Source of the DNA: Candidatus Krumholzibacteriia bacterium
GTDB taxonomy: Bacteria > Krumholzibacteriota > Krumholzibacteriia > LZORAL124-64-63
Reading direction: 5' to 3'
DNA: 13,323 nucleotides
Assembly: GCA_036351155.1 (NCBI GenBank)
Contig: JAZBOO010000015.1
Span: forward strand, 1-13,323
Of this stretch, positions 6,947 through 13,323 are shown piece by piece (position 1 is the stretch's first letter; the number at the start of each line of letters is the position of its first letter). The notes below the pieces were generated by a model. That model was not told the origin of the DNA. It searched no databases and saw only the letters and a list, made by a program, of their open reading frames with translations. The translations under genes were made by a program, and so were the position numbers.

Positions 6947-7887
6947 TCCTGACCCGGAAGGATGTCCTCGGCCTGGAGGATATGTCCGCCGAGGAGATCC
7001 TGGGCGTGCTGGATATTGCCGGCCAGTTCCGGGCGGTTTTCGACCGTCCGGTGCGCAGTGTCCCGATCATGCGTGGGCGTACGGTGGTGAATTTCTTCCA
7101 CGAACCGAGCACCCGCACCCGTATCTCCTTCGAGCTGGCGGAAAAGCGTCTTTCGGCCGACATCATCAACTTCTCGTCGGCCACCAGCAGCTTCACCAAG
7201 GGGGAAACCCTGCGGGATACGGCCGAGAACCTGGCGGCCATGAAGATCGACATGCTGGTGGTGCGGCACAGCAGCGCCGGGGCGGCGGCCTACCTGGCCA
7301 AGGTCCTGAAATGCTCGGTGATCAACGCCGGCGATGGGGCTCACGAGCATCCCACCCAGGGTTTGCTCGACATCATGACCATGCGGCAGCGGCTGGGTGA
7401 TCTGCGTGGGCGCAAGGTGACCATCATCGGTGACATCACCCACAGCCGGGTGGCCCGGTCCAACATCTGGGGCCTGACCAAGCTGGGAGCCGAGGTGACC
7501 CTGTGCGGGCCGCCTACCATGATCCCCGGCGGTCTGGACAAGCTGGGCGCCACCATCGAATACGATCTGAAGAAAGCCGTGGCCAAGGCCGATGTGGTCA
7601 ATGTTCTGCGTATCCAGCTGGAGCGTCACTCCAGCAAGAGCTTCCCGGGCAACCGGGAGTACAATCGCATGTACGGGATCACCGAGGACATCGTGCGCCT
7701 GATGAAGCCCGAAGCTTTCATCATGCACCCCGGCCCCATGAATCGGGACGTGGAAATCGCCAGCGATGTGGCCGATGGCCCGCGCCAGGTCATCCTGGAC
7801 CAGGTGGCCAACGGTGTGGCGGTGCGCATGGCCCTGATCTATCTGCTGTCCGGTGGTGATCCGGGCGCTCTGGGCGGATCCGCCTGA
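6943..7887 (+). CDS. pyrB: Aspartate carbamoyltransferase catalytic subunit
   Basis: FHEPSTRTRISFE, KGETLRDT, INAGDGAHEHPTQGLLD, GDITHSRVARSN, LRIQLER, MHPGPMNR. ATGA overlap with pyrR. Confidence 0.97.
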   Translation: MILTRKDVLGLEDMSAEEILGVLDIAGQFRAVFDRPVRSVPIMRGRTVVNFFHEPSTRTRISFELAEKRLSADIINFSSATSSFTKGETLRDTAENLAAMKIDMLVVRHSSAGAAAYLAKVLKCSVINAGDGAHEHPTQGLLDIMTMRQRLGDLRGRKVTIIGDITHSRVARSNIWGLTKLGAEVTLCGPPTMIPGGLDKLGATIEYDLKKAVAKADVVNVLRIQLERHSSKSFPGNREYNRMYGITEDIVRLMKPEAFIMHPGPMNRDVEIASDVADGPRQVILDQVANGVAVRMALIYLLSGGDPGALGGSA

Positions 7888-7951
7888 CGCAACTTGGTCT
7901 GATCCGGTGTCAACCGGCGCAATCTGGAAATTCGAGAAAGAGGTCTGGACA

Positions 7952-9262
7952 ATGGAGTGGAGCTGGCAGCGGATACCCTCGGAGTACCTGGTGACCAACG
8001 TGCGGCTTTGCCGGGAAGGCAAGCTGGGTAAGCGCAAGGGATACCTGCACGTGCGCAAGGGGCGCATCGAAGGCCTGGGCGTGGGGACGCCTACCACCGA
8101 GGGCATCCCGGCCCTGGATGCCGGCGGGCTGGTGTGCTCGGCCGGGTTTGTCGACACGCACGTCCATTTCCGCGAGCCGGGCCAGGAAGAAAAAGAAACC
8201 GTGGCCACCGGGAGTCGTGCGGCAGCCGCCGGCGGTTTCACCTCGGTGGTGACCATGCCCAATACGGTGCCGGCCATCGACAACTCGGGCATGGTGCGCT
8301 ACCTCATTAACCGAGCGCGGGAATGTGGACTGTGCCGGGTTTTTCCGGCGGGGGCCATCAGCCCGGAGCGCAAGGGCGAGGGCATGGCCGAGTTCGCCGA
8401 CATGATCGAGGCCGGCGCGGTGGGCTTCACCGATGACGGATCCCCGGTGGTCAATGGCGGCCTCATGGCCAACGCCTTGAAATACGCCAAGGTGCTGGGC
8501 GTGCCCATTCTGACCCACGCCGAGGACAAGACCATTGTCGGGTCGGGGGTCATGCACAGCGGTTACTGGGCGGGCCGCCTGGGATTGGCCGGCATGCCCC
8601 GTGCCAGCGAGGACTCGGCCACGTTCCGGGACATCGAACTGGCCCGCGCCACCGGCGGCCATTTGCATGTCTGTCATGTTTCGACCAAGGGCGCGGTGGA
8701 GATCATTCGTCGGGCCAAGAACGAGGGGATCAGGGTGACCGCCGAGGCCACGCCTCATCACTTCAGCCTGGACCACAGCCGGGTGCGCGACTTCTCCCCG
8801 CTGTTCAAGATGAACCCGCCGCTGCGCGAACCCGACGATGTCAACGCGGTGGCCGAGGCCCTGGCCGACGGCACCCTGGATTGCATCGCCAGCGACCATG
8901 CGCCCCACACCGGCACCGAGAAGGAATACCAGTTCGACCAGGCGCCCTTCGGCGTGATCGGACTGGAAACCTCGCTGGCCGTGGGCATCACCTACCTGGT
9001 GAACAACGACATCATGAGTCTGGGCCAGTTGATCGCCTGCATGACCGAGAAACCGGCCAAGGTCATGAACCTGGATACGGGGGTGCTGGAAGAGGGCGCC
9101 GAGGCCGATTTCGTGCTCTTTGACCCCGAAGCCCGCTGGCAGGTCTCGGCCAAGGGTTTCCAGAGCCGGTCGTCCAACTCGTCCTATATCGGGGAAACGT
9201 TGACCGGAAAGGTGGTCGCCACTTTTCTGCGGGGCCGCCTGACCTGGCACCACGAGGCCTGA
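7952..9262 (+). CDS. pyrC: Dihydroorotase (long, type I / multifunctional-complex type)
   Basis: Metal-binding DTHVHFREPG, GGFTSVVTMPNT, HAED, HVCHVST, EATPHH, KMNPPLR, ASDHAPH, APFGVIGLET; catalytic residues appear intact. Start at ATG 7952 with GAGG upstream. Confidence 0.95.
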   Translation: MEWSWQRIPSEYLVTNVRLCREGKLGKRKGYLHVRKGRIEGLGVGTPTTEGIPALDAGGLVCSAGFVDTHVHFREPGQEEKETVATGSRAAAAGGFTSVVTMPNTVPAIDNSGMVRYLINRARECGLCRVFPAGAISPERKGEGMAEFADMIEAGAVGFTDDGSPVVNGGLMANALKYAKVLGVPILTHAEDKTIVGSGVMHSGYWAGRLGLAGMPRASEDSATFRDIELARATGGHLHVCHVSTKGAVEIIRRAKNEGIRVTAEATPHHFSLDHSRVRDFSPLFKMNPPLREPDDVNAVAEALADGTLDCIASDHAPHTGTEKEYQFDQAPFGVIGLETSLAVGITYLVNNDIMSLGQLIACMTEKPAKVMNLDTGVLEEGAEADFVLFDPEARWQVSAKGFQSRSSNSSYIGETLTGKVVATFLRGRLTWHHEA

Positions 9263-9307
9263 TTCCCGCCTGAAGAGGCCCCGGATGATGGGTGGGAACC
9301 CAGGGCG

Positions 9308-9324
9308 GGGGAATGTTTTTTGCA
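9308..9324 (+). promoter_or_regulatory. Possible sigma-54 (-24/-12) promoter upstream of the TPR lipoprotein gene
   Basis: GG (9310-9311), exactly 10 nt, GC (9322-9323) in GGGGAATGTTTTTTGCA; TTGCA matches the -12 consensus but the -24 element is imperfect. Confidence 0.3.
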
Positions 9325-9376
9325 AGACAGCAAGGGGCAGAACCTCGGGATATCTTGAAACCGCCAGACCTCAGGA

Positions 9377-11290
9377 GTGGGGCTTATCACGATACGGGCC
9401 AGAAAACCGCAACTCTCACGTCGGGTGACCCGCGTCTGGGCCGTTGTGCTGGTGGGCCTGTTTCTGTGGTCGGGTGGGTGTGCCAAGTACAACACCTACT
9501 ACAACGCCAAGCGGGCCTTCGACGACGCCGAGCACGAGCGGAACGAGGCCATCCGTCAGCACAAGGATCCCCCGAAGCCCACCGGCCAGCAGAAGACCAA
9601 CTACGAAAGCGCGGCGCGCAAGGCCCAGAAAGTTCTGGACGAATACCCGGGACACAGCCTGACCGACGATGCTCTTTTTCTCCAGGGCAAGTCCTACTAC
9701 CGCCTGGAGTCGTACCGGATGTCCATCCGGAAGTTTGATCTGCTGTTCACCAACTACCCCGCCTCGCCTTACACCGAAGAAGGGCTGTATCTTCAGGCCC
9801 TGAACTACTTGCTCATTGGCGCGGTGGATCGCAGCCAGGACTACCTGGATTTGCTGGCGGCCCAGTTTCCCGACAGTGATTACCAGGCCGAAACTCTCAA
9901 GGTCTCCGGGGATAATGCCTACGTGCTGGAGAAGTGGTCCGAGGCCGCGGCCAGCTTTCAGGAATACCTGGACACCTTTCCCGACGACAGCGAGCGGGAT
10001 CGTATCGGGCTGAAGCTGGCCGAGTGTTACTGGGAGTTGCGTGATTTCGAAAAGGCGGCGGAGGTGCTGCAAGACGTCAGCAACTCGACCACCAGTGCCG
10101 AACTGGCCTTCCGCGCGCGCCTGTTGCGGGCCCGGGTCCACGTGCGTCTCGAAGATTACGAGGTCACCGAGCTGCTGCTGGGTGAGCTGGAAAATGAAGC
10201 GGAGGTCTACTCCGCCCAGGGCGATGTGGCCATCATCCAGGCGGAGAACCTGGTGGCCCAGGGTCGAGGAGACGATGCCTCGCCCTTGCTGGAAAACCTG
10301 CCCGCCGAGTGGACCAATCCCGGGCACATCAAGGCCCGGACCGCGGAAATCCTGGGCAATCTTTACCTCGAGCGAGGCGAACTGGAGAAGGCCAAGGAGA
10401 AGTTTCAGGAATCCTTGCGCCGCAAGGATGCCCTGGAGGACGAGAACCGCAGCCGTATACTCAACGACACCCTGTCGGATTACCTGGCGGCCGAAAAGGC
10501 CCTGCCCGACGCCCGCCCCGAAAGGGTTCCCCGACTCAAGTTGTTGCAAGCCAATAGCTTGTTGTTTGGTTTCGACCGCCCGCGCCAGGCTGCCCAGCTG
10601 TACGTGTCGGCTGCTCTGGACACCGCGGCCGACAGCACCAGCGCTGCGCGCGCCCTGTACGGGGCCGTCCTGACCTACCGGGATTTTCTGGATGAGCCCG
10701 ATTCGGCGGAAATTTACACCAGTCGCCTGCTGTCCCGGTTCCCCCGATCGCCCCAGGCCTTCGAGGTGGGACGGGGCGAGGATGGGGATCTGCTGGGCTT
10801 CCTCCTGGATCAGCAGCAGAAGGAGCAGGCCGAGAGGTTTGCCAATCTGACGCCGGAGGAAATCGAGGACCTGAACACGGTGGTCGGGCTGGATGAAGCG
10901 GTGGGCACGCTGGGGCCGGCCGATCTGGGCGGGGTGCGGCGCCGGATGATTTACCTGGCCCGCCGCGACAACCTGGTTTTCAAGCCCTCGGAAGAGCTCC
11001 AGAACGCTGCCGATGCACGTCGAGAAGCGGCCGCCATCGAAGCGGCGGAAGAATTGCACCTTTTCAATGCGGAGGCTCTCGGGACTCCCGCCGACAGCCT
11101 GGGCATCGTGTCTTGTCCTTCGCCGGTGGACTCGACAGCGGTGCGGCCGGGTGCTACTCTGGGGCCCGACGGCAAGCCTCTGCCTTTGACCGGGGGGCCC
11201 ACCCCCGAGGAGGCCAAGCAGGCCGAGGAGAAAGCCGCCGAGGAGAAGAAGAAAAAGAAGAAGGATCCCGCCAAGTTTGACCTGCGTTGA
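9377..11290 (+). CDS. Large tetratricopeptide-repeat protein, predicted lipoprotein (BamD/CpoB-like repeats)
   Basis: Basic N-terminus, hydrophobic stretch VWAVVLVGLFLW and lipobox-like SGG-C (Cys codon 9479-9481), then AKYNTYYNA. Repeated units such as VLDEYPGHSLTDDALFLQGKSYY, LFTNYPASPYTEEGLY, LAAQFPDSDYQAE, YLDTFPDDSERD, LLSRFPRSPQA. Low-complexity, lysine-rich C-terminus. Start uncertain (GTG 9377 or GTG 9425). Confidence 0.82.
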   Translation: MGLITIRARKPQLSRRVTRVWAVVLVGLFLWSGGCAKYNTYYNAKRAFDDAEHERNEAIRQHKDPPKPTGQQKTNYESAARKAQKVLDEYPGHSLTDDALFLQGKSYYRLESYRMSIRKFDLLFTNYPASPYTEEGLYLQALNYLLIGAVDRSQDYLDLLAAQFPDSDYQAETLKVSGDNAYVLEKWSEAAASFQEYLDTFPDDSERDRIGLKLAECYWELRDFEKAAEVLQDVSNSTTSAELAFRARLLRARVHVRLEDYEVTELLLGELENEAEVYSAQGDVAIIQAENLVAQGRGDDASPLLENLPAEWTNPGHIKARTAEILGNLYLERGELEKAKEKFQESLRRKDALEDENRSRILNDTLSDYLAAEKALPDARPERVPRLKLLQANSLLFGFDRPRQAAQLYVSAALDTAADSTSAARALYGAVLTYRDFLDEPDSAEIYTSRLLSRFPRSPQAFEVGRGEDGDLLGFLLDQQQKEQAERFANLTPEEIEDLNTVVGLDEAVGTLGPADLGGVRRRMIYLARRDNLVFKPSEELQNAADARREAAAIEAAEELHLFNAEALGTPADSLGIVSCPSPVDSTAVRPGATLGPDGKPLPLTGGPTPEEAKQAEEKAAEEKKKKKKDPAKFDLR

Positions 11291-11313
11291 CCCGTTCGAC
11301 CTGCGTTGAACCC
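11275..11313 (+). repeat. Imperfect tandem duplication, period 19 bp, spanning the TPR gene stop codon
   Basis: GTTTGACCTGCGTTGACCC (11275-11293) followed by GTTCGACCTGCGTTGAACCC (11294-11313); the 12-bp core GACCTGCGTTGA is identical. Confidence 0.8.
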
Positions 11314-11339
11314 GGAATCCACCACCATCGAAAGAGCCC

Positions 11340-12203
11340 ATGACCTCCCCGAAAACCTTCACCACCGTGAGTCTGGATGCGACCGTGCGTGCCAACCGCC
11401 CGGTTTCCAGCGGACTGTTGCGACTCGATCTCACCCTGCCCGAAGCCCGTCCCCGGGATCTGAAGCTCGGTTTCCTGCCTGGCCAGTTTGCCATGCTCAA
11501 CCTGACCGGTCCGGGCACTCTGGTGTTCAGCCGGCCCTTTTCCATTCTGGACTGGCAGGACGATGTGGTGTCGTTCCTTTACCGCGTGGTGGGCCGAGGG
11601 ACGGCCGCCATGGCCGACCTCCAGGAGGGGCAGAGCATGAACCTGCTGGGGCCTCTGGGACATCCCTTCCCGACACTGGGGGACTACCAGGCCGCCGTGC
11701 TGATCGGCGGCGGGGTGGGATTGCCGCCGGTGGCCTCCTGGCTGGCCCGTCATGGCCGCCCTCAGGACCGCGCCTACTTCGGGGGACGTGATGGTGCCGA
11801 TGTGCCCTGGCAGGAATTGCAGGGCAACTGGCAAGTCAGTGTGGATGAAGGCGAGAATTTGCCGGACGAGCAGGCGGCGTTTGTGGGCCGCGTAACCGAG
11901 CTGGTGGCCCAGGATGCCGCGCTGGACGGAAGTTTCGAGCGGGTGATCCTGGCCTGTGGCCCGGTGCCCATGTTGAAGGCGGCCAGCACGCTGGCCAGCC
12001 GGATGGGGTGGCAGTGCCTGGTCTCCCTGGAGGAGCACATGGGCTGCGGCTACGGGGCCTGCAAGGGCTGTGTGGTCCCCGTGGTGGCCGACGGACCCGA
12101 GGGCTGGCGCAATGCCACCTGCTGTCAGGACGGCCCGGTGTTTTCCGCGCAGGAGGTCCTCTGGGATCGCTATGCCGCTAACCCCTTCGCAACGGTGGAC
12201 TGA
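11340..12203 (+). CDS. pyrK: Dihydroorotate dehydrogenase B electron transfer subunit (FAD, 2Fe-2S)
   Basis: PGQF, SRPFSI, VVGRGT, GPLGHPF, IGGGVGLPP, ACGP and the cluster motif MGCGYGACKGC...CQDGPVF; directly upstream of pyrD. Confidence 0.93.
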   Translation: MTSPKTFTTVSLDATVRANRPVSSGLLRLDLTLPEARPRDLKLGFLPGQFAMLNLTGPGTLVFSRPFSILDWQDDVVSFLYRVVGRGTAAMADLQEGQSMNLLGPLGHPFPTLGDYQAAVLIGGGVGLPPVASWLARHGRPQDRAYFGGRDGADVPWQELQGNWQVSVDEGENLPDEQAAFVGRVTELVAQDAALDGSFERVILACGPVPMLKAASTLASRMGWQCLVSLEEHMGCGYGACKGCVVPVVADGPEGWRNATCCQDGPVFSAQEVLWDRYAANPFATVD

Positions 12204-13144
12204 TGAAAGACGGAACGAAAGGCTTGTCCGTGTCACTGCCCGACTGGTGGACCATCGATCCCTGTGCACCCTTCCAGCTGGGGCCGCGGGAGTTTCCCGG
12301 ACGCATCTGGACCGCCTCCGGGTGTTTTGCCTACGGGCTGAGTGCCCACGGAATGCAGGCAGCGGATCTGTCCTCACCTTACCAGGGCCTGGGGGCGGTG
12401 GTGACCAAGACCGTGACGCCCGCTCCGCGCTCCGGTAATCCCATGCCCCGCCTGTGCGAGCTGCCCACCGGAGCCATCAACAGCATCGGTCTGGAAAACG
12501 TGGGCTATGAAAAATTCCTGGCCGATGTTCTGCCCGAACTGGAGCAAAAGCAGGTGCCCACGGTGGTCAGTCTGGCCGCCACCAGGCCCGAGGAGTTCGG
12601 GACCATGACCCGGGCTTTGCAGGAAAAGGCGGTGGGCTTTGCGCACTGGCACGGGGTGGAGCTGAATCTCAGTTGCCCCAACGTGGCCGAGGGCGGGCAT
12701 GATTTTGGACGCGACCCCGAGACCGTGGCCCAGTGCGTGGCCGCGGCTCGCCGGGAGCTTCCGGACCGGGCCCTGATGGCCAAGCTGACGCCCAACGTGG
12801 CCGACATTGCCGAGCTGGCGGCTGCGGCGGCCAGTGCTGGTGTCGATGCCGTCTGTGCCATCAACACCGTGATCGGGCTGGAGGTGGACCTGGAAACGGG
12901 ACGTCCTGTTCTGCCTCGCCGTTACGGCGGTTACTCGGGGCCTGGGGTGTTGCCGGTGGCGCTGGCCAAGGTCGACGAGATCGTGCAGAAAACCGGCGTG
13001 CCGGTGGTCGGCGTGGGAGGCATGGACACGGCGCAGGACGCCTTGAAGTTCTTTGCTCTGGGGTCGGTGGCCGTGCAGGTGGGGACAGCTCAGATGCGGG
13101 ACCCGTTTGCCGCCGCACGGATCGCCAGGGACTTGAGGCGCTGA
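12203..13144 (+). CDS. pyrD: Dihydroorotate dehydrogenase family 1B catalytic subunit
   Basis: TASG, VVTKTVT, GNPMPR, NSIGLEN, ELNLSCPNV (catalytic Cys), KLTPN, INT, GGYSG, GVGG, VQVGTA. TGATG overlap with pyrK. Confidence 0.94.
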   Translation: MKDGTKGLSVSLPDWWTIDPCAPFQLGPREFPGRIWTASGCFAYGLSAHGMQAADLSSPYQGLGAVVTKTVTPAPRSGNPMPRLCELPTGAINSIGLENVGYEKFLADVLPELEQKQVPTVVSLAATRPEEFGTMTRALQEKAVGFAHWHGVELNLSCPNVAEGGHDFGRDPETVAQCVAAARRELPDRALMAKLTPNVADIAELAAAAASAGVDAVCAINTVIGLEVDLETGRPVLPRRYGGYSGPGVLPVALAKVDEIVQKTGVPVVGVGGMDTAQDALKFFALGSVAVQVGTAQMRDPFAAARIARDLRR

Positions 13145-13145
13145 A

Positions 13146-13322
13146 TCAGAAATCCCGGTCGTTGAAATCGTCGTCTTCGGCGGCCCCTTCGATCATGTCC
13201 TCGAATTCCGGGGGCAGCCCGTCATCCACTCCATCATCCAGGTCTTCGTCCAGCTCTTCATCCAGCCCGACATCGGGCAACCCGTCGGGGAACTCCGCTT
13301 CCAGCAGATCAGCAAAGCTGGA
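13146..13322 (-). CDS. C-terminal 58 residues of an unidentified protein with a highly acidic tail (partial, starts beyond the window)
   Basis: Not in the ORF track. Manual translation: SSFADLLEAEFPDGLPDVGLDEELDEDLDDGVDDGLPPEFEDMIEGAAEDDDFNDRDF-stop (TGA at 13148-13146), open to the window edge with coding-like codon usage. Confidence 0.7.
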   Translation of the reverse strand, partial: SSFADLLEAEFPDGLPDVGLDEELDEDLDDGVDDGLPPEFEDMIEGAAEDDDFNDRDF

Positions 13323-13323
13323 A

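Noticed and set aside
7853..7951. Extended pyrC N-terminus from the ORF track and a small CCGGT-GTCA-ACCGG hairpin in the pyrB-pyrC spacer
   Set aside because: The extension overlaps pyrB while ATG 7952 has an RBS; the 5-bp hairpin has no U-tract and is expected by chance.
7952..9262. Possibility that pyrC is an inactive PyrC' structural subunit
   Set aside because: The HxH, other metal-binding histidines and DHAPH aspartate are all present.
6865..9325. Long antisense ORFs of 475 and 471 aa opposite pyrB and pyrC
   Set aside because: Shadow frames of well-supported genes with no independent coding evidence.
11275..11313. Tandem repeat as a CRISPR remnant
   Set aside because: Only two abutting 19-20 bp copies, no spacer and no cas genes.
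9416..11545. 709-aa antisense ORF opposite the TPR gene
   Set aside because: No recognisable motifs; it is the codon-mirror frame of a real high-GC gene, where stop codons are naturally scarce.

Overview
High-GC bacterial chromosomal window of mostly housekeeping genes, with no mobile element, CRISPR array or RNA gene recognised. In order: the 3' part of glgC (+); a coupled pair on the minus strand (GT4 glycosyltransferase, carbon-nitrogen hydrolase); a divergent three-gene unit (dusB, a LysM-TPR lipoprotein, a fused tandem ECF-type ABC ATPase); a pyrimidine biosynthesis cluster pyrR-pyrB-pyrC-[large TPR lipoprotein]-pyrK-pyrD; and the acidic C-terminal end of a convergent gene running off the right edge. 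I see no clearly new biological system. The best leads are (i) a pyrR leader with a promoter and intrinsic terminator but no canonical PyrR-binding site, (ii) a secreted TPR lipoprotein sitting where carAB usually lies, with a possible sigma-54 promoter upstream and a 19-bp duplication at its stop codon, (iii) an orphan fused ABC ATPase lacking the H-loop histidine in both domains, and (iv) a K-to-N change in the GlgC glucose-1-phosphate-binding motif. All assignments are from motif recognition by eye; no database searches were run.
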